A program made the position numbers and the translations under genes. DNA of 64,000 nt from Octopus bimaculoides (taxonomy: Eukaryota), in contig NC_068986.1 of assembly GCF_001194135.2 (NCBI RefSeq), forward strand, positions 53,865,772 to 53,929,771. The letters are read 5' to 3'. Positions 24,990-37,500 of this stretch are shown here, one piece after another (position 1 is the stretch's first letter; every line of letters starts with the position of its first letter). The notes beneath the pieces were generated by a model. It was not told the DNA's origin and made no database searches. It saw nothing but the letters and a program-made list of their open reading frames with translations.

Positions 24990-26023
24990 GTGGACCAGGA
25001 GATACGAACATAGTAAATAACAGCTAGCCTTTGGCTGCATTTTGGACCCCATTGTGTCCACTACTCTGATTAGTTGGTATTGGCGCAATTTGTCTCTTAC
25101 TCTATCACGCCAATACGCAGCATATAACCAATCGAAGCACCTAAATAAGGTTACGTGTGACAGCCTGTTCTCAACTCAGTTTTGAACCTACAACTTCTTA
25201 TAAAAACCCAGCTTCTCCTTGTCTTGATGTCTTTCAGTTCCAGACCTTTTAAGGTCTAGCCACTGACCACACAAGACACCACCAGTTCCAGTGACAACAC
25301 AATAGCAGCTACGTGGAAACTCACCAACTTCGTCCAATAGCATTCAGCGACCTCAATCTCTGTTGCCACCATTGTCCTAACGTCAACATCTCTCTACGTA
25401 CACAACTCACCCAGGTTCCAACACTGCACTGTTCGTGAACTACTTCACCATGGATCAACAGCGAATATACGACCTGCAAGAACTCCTGAACTAAGTGACC
25501 TAGGCAGCAGCATCACAGACACAACTTCACATCCAACATGTACCACAACCGGCTCTGCATCATTGCCACAACTTCTTGATACAGTATTTCAAATATTATG
25601 TACAATTGACTATGAACTGGTATTTATCATTCTTGTGGCTATGAACCTACTCCTCACTTTGATGGCTATAGACTCTTTCACTGTCTCTTCTTCATTGCAT
25701 CCTTATGTTCTTAATACGCATATGGCTATGCCGACATACACACACATACATCTCGTTCTTATGATGGCCTGTCTATTATTCTGTCACACATGTTAACATA
25801 TCAATCTATTATTCTGACACACATGTTAACATATCAATCTATTATTCTGACACACATGTTAACATATCAATCTTCTCTTAAACATTCTACCCAGTTGTGT
25901 CTCTTATTTCCCTCTGGCACGTATATGCATTGTTCTATTTATATTTATTGTATCGACTGTATGATGTACTAAGGAGCCATTCTCATCACCTCACTTCGCA
26001 CAGACGTTACAAATTGGTGACCC
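24990..26023 (+). mobile_element. LTR-retrotransposon LTR (about 1 kb) with a PBS stub, probably Gypsy-like
   Basis: CCAAT-like boxes, TATAAAA at 25199, end ...GTTACA at 26011 followed by AATTGGTGACCC (TGG-type PBS). No internal gag/pol follows. Confidence 0.55.
25772..25870. repeat. 33-bp tandem repeat x3
   Basis: tctattattctg(a/t)cacacatgttaacatatcaa repeated three times. Confidence 0.95.
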
Positions 26024-27117
26024 ATTCCAGCTCTTTGAAACTATAAAAATAATTATAATGGGAGAAGGAGATACTGCACAGGTATCATAAACCTTCCATT
26101 CCATTATAACTTGAAAACTTTGTACATAGTATTGTATTTCTAGACAAACTATAATTTTCTGTTTGCTTCTGTCTTTCCAGTTGAAACTATTTGTAGTAAA
26201 GAAGAGCATCTTGCTATGAAATATCTTTCACCAAGAACATATAAATATCTGAAGTCTAAATCTGCAAGATCCATCCCATTCAAGTTAGGGAAAATAGATC
26301 TATAAAACAGAGATCAACCAATTTATTTTTGCAATAATTTTAAAATTTCATAAGGTAGCGAGCTAGCACATGATTGCAAAAACATAAATTTCACAACTTG
26401 TGAAGTAAACAAGTGATGTCAATTGGCACACTGCCTCATGAAGGTCATATTTTCAAATTTATTTTGCTCATAAGTCTGTACAATTTGAGTTCACATAGAG
26501 TTCAACAACAACATTTTATATGTGAGCCAACAAAGAAGCCTTCATCTAGTTACTCAATCTGTCAGAAATAGCAGACAAATTTCAAATCACATCCTACCAT
26601 TTTAAAAAGATAATGGTAGGATCACAGCCAAAACATCTTTAGTTTGCGTAATATGGGCTGATATGGGCTACACTACAACAACCTATACATATGAATAGGC
26701 AAGACAGCAAGTAAGCTTCTACATGGTTTCTTGATATGCTAGAAATAGCAGCCAAATTTCCCTTAAACCACACCTTTAAAAGATGACAGTATGGTCACAG
26801 CTGCAATGTCTTTGACACAGAGATCAGAATTGATGAGAACTGATCTAGGGTCAAACAACAATACATACATACAAGACATGCCAACGACAGGCATCTGGGG
26901 NNNNNNNNNNGGGGGGGGGGTGTTTCAATCAACCTGCTAGAAGTACCAACAAAATCTTCCTCAGATCTCTTATCATCTTAAAATAAAAAAAGGCTGGATG
27001 GTCATGACTGGAATGCCTCTGATCACAAAGTCTGCTTGCTCAGAGTTGACTGGAGGGGTTAAATAACAACAGCGTCAGAAAAAGATAGTTTCCAAAACAG
27101 TTTGAGCTGGGACTCAC

Positions 27118-27256
27118 CAAGAATCATACATCCATGTACTTTGTACTCGGCTACCTTCAAGTCCAGCCACATCATAAAATGAGACAAGATCCAAGGTTGC
27201 ACCTTCTGTACCATTGATGTAAAATTCTCCTTCATTCCCATGAGATCACCAGACAT
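27118..27256 (-). CDS. Putative first coding exon of the zinc-finger gene (MSGDLMGMKENFTSMVQKVQPWILSHFMMWLDLKVAEYKVHGCMIL)
   Basis: Exon 27281-27118 is bounded by ttttttacctttTAG and TG|GTGAGT. ATG at 27256 ends in phase 1, giving 139+924+347=1410 nt, a 469-aa protein. The reading frame is ambiguous (see findings). Confidence 0.45.
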
Positions 27257-27390
27257 GATGTTTCTTGAGATTGTCAACCAACTAAAAGGTAAAAAAAAGA
27301 ACAAAAAATTTCTTACATTTATTTGCTCATACAAATTGTGCTACAATGGTTACAAGGTAAGAGAAAAGGATGTGTGTGCATGCATGCACA

Positions 27391-27425
<35 letters not shown>

Positions 27426-29385
27426 GGTTTAGGGCAAGAATGTAATATGCCTTAAGACATCTTAAAAATGTGAACAAATACGAATAAATCATGTGTATTA
27501 CACACACATCATCATCGTTTTAACATTGATTTTTCCATTCTTGCAACAGTTAGGTGGAATTTGTTGAGGCAAATTTTCTATGGCTAGATGCTCTTCCAGT
27601 CACAAACTCTCAACTGTTTCCAAGCAAGGTAATATTTCCCCATATCTGTTTGAAGGCAACAAAACCATGCCCAATTTTATATGAATATCAGAGCAGTTCA
27701 GCCACAAAGGAGCAAGAGGCCACCACTTAGGTGGAATTAGAACACTTCATGGTTCAAACTATTTTTCAACCGATACTTGAAACTAGCACTTCTGAAAGTG
27801 CCCATGGTCACTTTTGGTATAGGACAATTTAAGTCAAGAAACAGTCCACATCATTTTGATTGCTTAATTCTAGTTGTTGATAGACTGCTCATGCAGTTTT
27901 TTACCAATAGTCTATTATTTAAGCAGGGATGTAGGTACAGCTGAGTGGTTAAGAAATTTGCTTCATAATAATGAGGTCTTTAGTTCAATCTCATTGCATG
28001 GCATCTAAGCAAGTGTCTTTACCACAGCTATGGGTCAACTCAAGCTTTGTGAGTGAAGTTGAGTAGGTATGGAAACAGTTCAAAAGACTGGTGGATAGAC
28101 TGTAACTGTAATTTGAATACTCAAATGTTCAGCCTTGTCACACAGTGACATGTTGATTCTACCTGAATATTACATAGAGGGTACATATGTCTGTGGAATA
28201 CTTGATTATTTTGCACACTAATTTAACCCTTTAACATTTAAACCGACCATATCTGGCCAAAATATTCTATCTGTTTTATGCTCAAATTGTCCAGATCTGG
28301 CCTCTCACATATACCCTATGTCATTCTAAAAATAAACAATCACATCATCAAAATCTTGAAGCTATGAGCTAATGCATGATTAATTCAAAACAAATTGAAT
28401 AGCTAAGCATTACATTTGACAGAGTAACCTAAATGCTAAAGGATTTATGAGTGGATCATTTATTTGATCAAACAACTGGATGTTCTGAGAAATTTCATCA
28501 TTATTTAACTGTTCCATACATTCAGACTTTTCTTTTCTTCGGGTTGTATACCAACAGATCCATGCCAACAAACCAGAAAACCATAAATTTAATGCAGCCT
28601 CAGGTGGCAGTGGCCTCTGCTTCATGTGTCTTGTCTTTGGCCTGGGCTTGTACTTACTTTTCTTGAGTGTTCTTTTTTTATTGCCATCTCTCACCAATCT
28701 TTATTTCTTTCCTAATGTCACAAAAAAATGGAGATAAGGCTTCTGTCTGGTTCTGTGCTGAAGGAAGAGACTGCCCTTAGTTTCTCAGTGCTCCACTGCA
28801 TCATTGGTCCCTGATGCTGGTGACATTAAGGCCAAGATGGCTTTTACTGCACTGGCAATTCTTGGAGCTGTGATCAGTGGCATTAGTGTGACTCATCAAC
28901 TTTGTTAGCTTCCTCAGTTTTAAAAATTAGGTATACAGCCTCATAGAACTACATCTAATTGTCCTTTTGAGGGTAAAAAGAAACCTGTTCTGCTCTTGGC
29001 AGTGCAGAAACAGTAAACTTTCTTTTTCTCTTGCACTTGGATGAAGAGTTCAGGCAAACAGATGCTCTTCTCATTTACAAAACATTGCCAAGCAATTTTT
29101 TTTCTCATTCAGTTAATTTTTGTTAGAATTAGCATTGATAAATGAAAAAAACTGATATTTTTTCCACTGTGTTACTGTTTCCTGTCAAAAATGTCATTTT
29201 TTTCATGCTGAATATTTACATTCTGCTCTATAATGAAATTTGTTTGGATTTTTTTGCTTGTTTATTTTATGTGCTGTAGCATTTAGTTGACTGACTCAGT
29301 GGGCTTCATCTCAGTGGCTGTTATCAATATTAGGCTGAATGTAAAATCAATAAGATTATGTTTAAAATGTCCAAAAATTACAAAC

Positions 29386-29517
29386 CTTGTTTCTCCCCCG
29401 ATATGGGAGAGATATCCAGAGGATTCCAGGAGGGTTTTACGAAGAAAATATTTAAAAACAAATGTTCCTTTCTTGAAAGAAATTCAACTTCTGCTGAGCA
29501 GGAATATGCACGTCTGT
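29386..29517 (-). other. Candidate upstream (5'UTR) exon
   Basis: Strong acceptor tttttgtgttttctgtAG at 29519-29518 and a possible donor CAAG|GTTTGT. Confidence 0.3.
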
Positions 29518-29809
29518 CTACAGAAAACACAAAAATAATAATAATAATAATAATCTTTTCGACTATAGGCACAAGGCCTGAAATTTGCAGGGAGAGGACT
29601 GGTCGAATATATTGACCCGTGTTTCACTGGTACTTAATTTATTAAACCTGAAAGGATGAACGGTGAAGTTGACCTTGGTGGAATTTGAACTCAGAACATA
29701 GTAATGGGCGATGTACTGCTAAGCATTTTTCCCAGCATGCTAACAATTCTGCCAGCTCACCACTTTATATATTAAAAAAAAAATATTAAGTATCAATACT
29801 CTGTCAAAA

Positions 29810-30880
29810 TAGACAGGAAAACAAGAAAAATAATGACAGGATTTAGGATGCACCACCCAAAATCTAACATAGAAAGGCTATATATACAGCGTATTGAAGG
29901 TGGTAGAGGCCTTATACAGCTAGAAAACTATTACAAAATAGGACTACAGAAATACCTACCTCAGAAGCAAGGAAAACTAATACAAATAGCCACAAAACAC
30001 AAACAAAACAAAAAAACTGTTTTCTATCTTTAAGGAAGCTGACAAATACAAAAAAGAAGGCATAGTACCTGACAACTACGAAGAAAAAGAAAAACAACAA
30101 AAGCTGTAGAACTGAAATCTAAGCTAAAACTGGAACAGCAATGTATCATGATAAAACGATGCCAAGAAAAGCCCCTACATCATGTAATAAAAAGAAATAC
30201 AAGTAATTGCAGAATATGTGGTGATGGAGAAGAAACAATAAATCATATTATTTCTGGCTGCTCAGTCCTTGCTTAGAAGGAATATATTCACAGACATGAC
30301 AGAGTTGGGACCTATATACACTAGAAGCTATGCCAACACTATGGAATAATGACAGAAGAAGATGGTATAGGCACTCGCCAGAAAATGTCACCGAAAATGA
30401 GAAAGCAACCATACTCTGGGATATGCCAAAACACACAGATAGAGAAATTAAGGCCAATAGGCTGGATATAGTTGTCAGAGATCATCAAAAAAAATATTGT
30501 TTTCTAATCAATGTATCAATACCAACAGATGACAATGTTTCTCTAAAAGAAAAGGAGAAACTTTCAAAATACAAAGACCTGGAAATAGAGGTAACTTGAA
30601 TGTGGAGCCTAAAAACAGAAACAATTCCTATCATAGCATTAGGTGTGATAAAAAAAATATTCAGACAAATACATAACAAAAACACCAGGACAAACAAGTA
30701 TATATACCATTCAGAAAATAGCACTACTCGGTACCACACACATACTACATAAAACACTTTCAAAACAGTGAAAATAAGAGCACAACAAATCACAGCACAT
30801 ACCCAAGGCACACAGAGCTGCGCTTGGTAGTGCAGTGAAAGCACATGATAAAAATAAGACTATTGAATAACAATAAAAAT
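29810..30880 (+). mobile_element. Degenerate R4/Dong-like (RLE) non-LTR retrotransposon 3' fragment
   Basis: HPKSNIERLYIQRIEGGRGL, CCHC knuckle CRICGDGEETINHIISGC, ILWDMP..TDREIKANRLDIVV and KEKEKLSKYKDLEIEV, with stops and frameshifts. Confidence 0.85.
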
Positions 30881-33849
30881 GGTTTCAAATCTTGGCACCA
30901 GGGCAGCAACTTTTGGGGAGGGGGTTATGTCGATTACATCAACCCCAGTGCTTATTTTATTGACCCCAAAAGGATTAAAGGCAAAGTTGTCCCTGGCAAA
31001 ATTTAAAATAATAGTGATGGTAATAAACAATAATAACTGATTAGTTATTACTTGTGTGCGTATAACTGGAAAGCTGAACAACAATACTTTATTTCATCTG
31101 TTTCAGATGGATGAAAAGTAAAGTAAACTTTGGCAGGTTTTGAAATCAATGGAAAGGGCCGTAACTAAAATATTGCAGACATTTTGTTTAGCACACTAAC
31201 TATTCAGCCAGTCAACAATATCTATACCCAGCTTCCATCCAAATTTGTGGCTATGTTAGAAATTATCATCATCACTATCACTTAGCATCTGTTTTCTATG
31301 CTAGCAGGGGTTAGATGGTTTGATTAGTACTGGTAAACTGCACCAGGCTCCAGTTATCTATTTTGACTTGGTTTCTATGGCTTGCCCTTCCTAATGCCAA
31401 CCATTTTACAGAGTATACTGGGTGTATTTTACATGTCACCAGCACGGGTGCCTTTTCTGTGTCACTGGCATGGGTCCCTTTTTACATGTCCCCAGTACTG
31501 GCAATGGCCAAAATTCACTTAGCTTCACGTGTCTTCTCAAGCACAGCAAATTGCCAGAAATCTTGGTCACTTGTCATTGCCTCTGTGAGGCTCTATTTGA
31601 AGAGAAAAGGATTGTAGAGCAGAGGTTCTCAAACTAAAAAATACCAGAAACATGCTTCCTGCTAAGAGAAGTCAAAACAGTGTTGCATCCATCTAATTTT
31701 TCTTTCTTCACAATGGTGTTTGAGAAATTTAAAAAGTTCAAATCAAATTTTAAACATAGCAATTTTGTTCGCTCTTTTTTTCAATGCATTACAACTGCTT
31801 CTCCTATCAGAAACATTCTTGTAGAGAGTAAGAAGTAAAACATGTTAGGATTGATGTTCTCAGCTTGAATTTTAGAATACTAATTTTGGTATTTGCTGTA
31901 CTTAGAATGTCTGACTCATGATCAGAACATTGTAGGTTCAATTCTTGGATCAGGCAATGTACTGTGTTCTTGAGTAAGACACTTCATTTTACACTGCTCC
32001 AGGCTACTCAGATGAAGTGAGTATCAACCAGAGTGCTGGTGCAGCCCTCTAGCAGTCCTCTCTCTCTCTCTTCCCAGCTGTCACATCCAGATGTTCCCCT
32101 GGGTCAAGGATGAGGGCACCAAAAGGATGTGTTTGTCTGTTTGTGACTACAATTAGTGAAAGCATGATACATACTATGAAACTATAGATACATACTATGA
32201 TACATACTATGAAACTATAGATGCATTTAAGTCAAAGCTGGCTGTATAGTACTGATCACCTCTTTATAAGATTAGGTTACACCAAGTGGAGCTATTTGTA
32301 GACAAAAACTGAAAGATGTTGTCTCATATATCTATCTATCTGTTTCTCTCTCTCTCCTTCTCTATGTATATATATATATATTGTTATACTTGGGGATGAT
32401 CATTCTTTACCAATTAAACCAGGCATTATTTATTTCATCTTCACTTCAGTTTAATTAGTATTATAAATTTTTCTTTTAGTTTATTTATCTGTCATTTTTT
32501 TTCAGCAACCCTCTGTCCTATGTGTCGCCTCTTGTTATGTCCCATGTGTTTCCCTGTAAGTAGAGCCACATGAGACAAAGTATTGTTGAAGAGGTCACAG
32601 AATGTTCGATAAAAAGAACAAAATAAAAAAATAATACTCATAAAACTAAACTGAAGATCAAATAAATAGTACCTGTGTTTAATTGGCAAAAGATGATCCC
32701 CAAGTATAACAACAATATCTGTTTCAACACGTTTCCACATCAAGAATCTTGCAAAAGAAAAAAAAATACATGAACATATGTGTGTGTGTGTGTATCTGTC
32801 TGTCCTTGTATTGGTGTAAATGAGTGTCACTGTCGTAGAAACTGACATTCCTTTCCAAAAATCCTGTGAAAGCATGCCTGGCCATGAGAAATATTACCTT
32901 GCTTGGTTGGTGGCAGGAAGGGCATCCAATCATAGAAAATCTTTCTCAACAAACTTCCATCTGACCCATGTAAGTATGGAAAAGAGGACGTTAAAATGAT
33001 GATTATAATAAGACTACAGATACTGACATAGACTGTTATAGGAACATTATTTTTTACATTTTAAAATTTTATGTAAAGGGACATAACTAGTACCCTTCAA
33101 TGTTTGGTTACTGAGGTAAAAATAAAATAAATTAGTCAATAGAAAAAATTATATTTAAGGTTAAAACAATAGAAATTATTGCAAGAATGTTCATTATGAA
33201 AATGCTTTTGATCTTTGTATATTATAACTAAAAAATAAAATCCAACACAGAAAACGAGAGAATTTCAGCAAGGTCAATTGACTTGACAGAAGTCAAATCT
33301 CTTTCTTGCGTCAAATTAAGAGTTTAAGACTGTAATATGAAAATATGAAAGATTCTCTGTTAAGACTAACTCAGGGATTTGGTGAAAAGCTTGGCCTCAA
33401 GTAAATTCCTGAGTCACTGAAAGCAATTACATAGTTATTTTATCATTTACTTGTTTCAGTTATTAGACTGTGGCCATGCTGGGGTGCCACCCTTTAGCTG
33501 AATGAATTGACCCCAGTACTTTTTTTTTTTAAAGCCTGCTACTCATTCTATTGGTTTCTTTTACAGAGCCACTAAGTTGTGGGGTTGTAAACACACCAAC
33601 ACCGGTTATCAAGTGGTAGTGGGGAACAATCACACACACATTTATATACATGACAAGCTTCTTTCAATTTACATCTACCAAATCCAGTCACAATGCTTTG
33701 GTTGGCCTGAGGCTACAGCAAGGCACTTGCTCAAGGTGCTGTGCAGTAGGACTGAACCTGGAACCATGTGGTCGGGAAGCAAGCTTCTTAACCAACCTAT
33801 ATAGAGTTACCAAAGTTTATTGATGAGAAAAATGAGAAATGGAGAACAT

Positions 33850-36836
33850 ACGTGGACCGAATGAATCGCTGAAGAGGTCACAGATGTGTGATGAAAGATT
33901 TCCGGCAATGGACGTGAAAAACAAATATATAGTGCGTGTGTTTATTTGGCAAAAGGAAGAGAAAAAAAATATGACCATTTCGAAACATAACAATACAGAA
34001 ATGAAATAATTCCTTCAATTTTAGAAGAACGTATTTAATCACATCTGAATAGATGAGACAAATTTAGACACAAAAAAGACTCCACCCCGCTGACTGGTAA
34101 ACCCCATCACATCCCTGAAAATCTAAATTTTATCAATATATTTTTTATTCTATTTTCTCCGGAGCGTATTCTTTACAAATTGCCAAATAAAAATAATCAT
34201 TTTAAAGAGAATTATAAGGAACCGAAAGTCAGTAGATTGAGAGAATAATCCCAAACTCCTTTCCAACCAAAAAGGAAAAAAGGGCGATCTTTGCTTATCG
34301 TTATCTATACTCATGAGAATGCATCTCAGCAAAATTTTATGACAAAATATGCATTTTCAGAAAGTTATGAGGAAACAAAGTCAGTATGTACTTATGCTGG
34401 TTCGTTTCGTTTTTGTTTTCAGTAACGAATACTCCGATAATGAGCATTCTGTTATAATTTCTATTATCTTATTCCCTAAAAAATATTTACTTTTCTGTTG
34501 AATATTGTCATAAAACACACATTCTAAACGTAGGCGCAAGCATGGCTGTGTAGTTAAGAAGCTCGCTTCGCAACCACGTGATTTCGGGTTCATTGGCACA
34601 ATGAGCAAGTGTCTTCTACTACAGCCCCGGGCTGTACAATGTCTTATGAGTGAATTTGGTGAACGGAAACTGTGTGGAAGCTCGTCGTATCTGTTTATAT
34701 ATATATATATAAATAATACAGAATGGGACAAGAACACAAAACATCCAGACATGGGATGGTATGTTTGCGTTTGTCACCCACACCGCTTGACAGCCGGTGT
34801 TTTTTTTTCACGTTCCTTATAACTCAGCAGTTCAGCAAAAGTAGTCGATTTATTTGACAAACCCTTCAAGGTATAAAAGATAGCGGTGGTGCTAAGAATG
34901 TTAGTGCAATGAGTTACGTCCCTTGAAAGCCAACAGTTAAAGAAGCTGTAACTGAAAGTCGGTGACACCTCAAAAGATCCCCTAAGCAAAATAAGCTGAC
35001 CGTAGCGCAGCGTTAAAAAATTTCTTCCACAGTTGTTAAACAAATTAATGGGAAAGAAAAGAAAAGAAAAAAAAAACACGTAGTACATGTCCTGCGCTTT
35101 TATTTACAATAAGCGGTTCGGCTCGAAGATACTTTGTCGCAACACCAAGTTTCTCTTTTATACATTCGTTTAAGCAAACGATGACAAAAGCAAGAAACAT
35201 GGAATAGTGACGAAGACAATTAAATCATCATCTCCGAATGTACTAAGAGCGATCTAGGTTAATGTTTACGGGTCAAGATGTAAACATTAACCGCGATCTA
35301 TATGGCTCAACTTAGTTTTCACTTTCTATAGGGGTTTCCCATCAGTAATTTATAAGCTTTCATTTTTGCACGTTTTTCCCCCCGATCTCTACTTTTCAGT
35401 TTGTCTACAAACGTAAGTCGTCACGTATCACTGACAACTATTATTTTTGTATTTGTATATTACTAACGAATATTGAGGCAGTGATTTGGCAGAATCGTTA
35501 GCACACCTGACATACTGCTTAGAAGGCATTTCGTCCCTCTTTACGTTCTGAGTTCAAATTCCGCCGCGGTCGACTTCGCTTTTTATCCTTTCGAGGCCAA
35601 TAAAGCAAGTACCAGTGGAGCACTGAAGTCGCGACTAGTCTCTTTTCTGCCACAGTAGAAAGAACATTACTTTTACCTTTGTTTCTTCACAATTTTTAAT
35701 GAGTCCCGACGAGTAGCAAGACAATTTGAATGAAACTTATGGTAGTTGAGTACTGGCCAATTACAGTTGCTATAACATTGTGTAAAAGTCTTGGACAATT
35801 ATTACTGACCATTTTCTAGACTGAAAGGAAAGTTTAAGTTTGCGAAAAGACAAAACAGGACGTTCATATTATATTGGTTTCAAATTTTGGCGCAAAGCCA
35901 GCAATTTCGGGGGAGGGGTAAGTCGATTACATCGATCCCAGTTCTCAGCTGATACTTACCTTATTGACCCCGGTGGCATTTGAACTCAGAAAAGTAAAAA
36001 CCGGGAGAAATGCCGCTAAGCATTTTACCCGGTGCCGTAACGATTCTGCCAGCTAGTCGCATTACGTTCGTATTAGTTTCAAATTTTGGCACAATTTCAG
36101 CAAGTTCTGGGGAGGGATTAAGTCGATTACACCGACTCCAGTGATCTACTGGTACTTATTTTATCGACCGCAAAAGGGATGAAAGGCAGAATCGACCTCG
36201 GCAGAATTTGAGCTCAGAAAATAAGGACGGACGAAATGCCGTTGTGTATTTTGCCGGCGTGCTAACGATTCTGCCAGCTCGCTGCCTTTTTTTTTTTTGT
36301 ATTATATTGAGTACTCTTTCATTTCTGCGTGTGTTTATATATATAGGCAGACGATGCTGACGAAAATGCAGACACGAACGTCCAAACATTCTAATCTACA
36401 GTCTTCTTAAGGAGACTGTAGATTAGAACGTTAACAAGAGTTAGCAAAAGACAGAAAAATTTTTTTTTTCATTATATCATTAAAAAGGACTGTCGTTTTG
36501 CCTAAGACGAAGTGTTGACGTTTGGATTCGATAGTGTCGTGTTGCAGGTATTAACATCACTTCATTCTTTAGTTACTTTTTTTAACAGCAGTTCTGTATT
36601 GTCGAATGGCAAAAAGCAACTGATGTTTATTTTCTGTTAACACACAGAGAGTATATCTTGCGTGTACATGCAGATGACTGCTACTGTTGAATTTAGAGCT
36701 TAACGTAGATGATAAGTTGTGGTTAAGCATCCAAATGCAGTTAGATCCAATACAGAGTTAGGAACTTCAGTGGCAAAACGTGCAAAGAACAAATGATATA
36801 AACTTGTATTTATCGTAATTTCTTTCCCCACCTCCG

Positions 36837-36906
<70 letters not shown>

Positions 36907-37500
36907 ATTAGAGAGAGAGATTATATTATTAAGAAGTAAGCAAAGTGAATATAATAGTTTTTATGTGTTCTTGAATGGCTAACATGACTCTTCTACGATA
37001 CAATTATTTCAATCACAAACACTATCACACACATCAAGTCATTTGCCAAACAATCGCAACCCCGAAATATTGCAATTGACAGATGGGAACCTTATCTTGT
37101 TTTTAACAAAGGGAGACGATCAGCATCAAGTAATTACCACAACCGTTATATCTATGCTTATAACATAAGTGCGAGAAATCGGCAACCATAAACGATAATA
37201 AAATATTCGAATGAAAGTAAACTGAATTCATATACATGTGTCAAACAAAAGGAATGAACAATTGAGATAATATGAATACAAACCTCAAAATAAACAACAG
37301 GAAATAAGACGGTGAAGAATATCAAAATATTCAGTAGTGTGCTACACTCCAAACAGTTTAGTGGTCAATATTTTTTACAGGTCTTGAACTGAACCAAGCG
37401 AAATATCAGTCTCTCTATCTCGCCTCATCAGGTTTAAAAAAAAACAGGTAAATATTGCTCGTGAATAAATGGCTTTTAGAATCGATTGTGCATTTTAAAA
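33850..37500. promoter_or_regulatory. CpG-retaining promoter-like zone with candidate divergent first exons
   Basis: CG dinucleotides are visibly frequent compared with the CpG-poor flanks. Minus-strand donor CAC|GTATGT at 33852/33851, CCGGAAAT (ETS-like) at about 33897-33904 on the minus strand, and plus-strand donor CAG|GTAAAT at 37447/37448. Confidence 0.35.
35257..35292. mobile_element. 36-bp micro-MITE (13-bp TIR, 8-bp TSD)
   Basis: GCGATCTA-[GGTTAATGTTTAC gggtcaagat GTAAACATTAACC]-GCGATCTA. Confidence 0.75.

Noticed and set aside
25990-26052. Possible minus-strand exon (FQRAGMGHQFVTSVRSE, or a CNVC motif in another frame)
   Set aside because: It overlaps the LTR end and PBS on the opposite strand, and no frame joins the gene model.
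11336-33850. BTB/POZ or ZAD domain exon expected for a lola-like gene
   Set aside because: I read the coding-like segments on the minus strand and found no recognisable motif, so no gene symbol is assigned.
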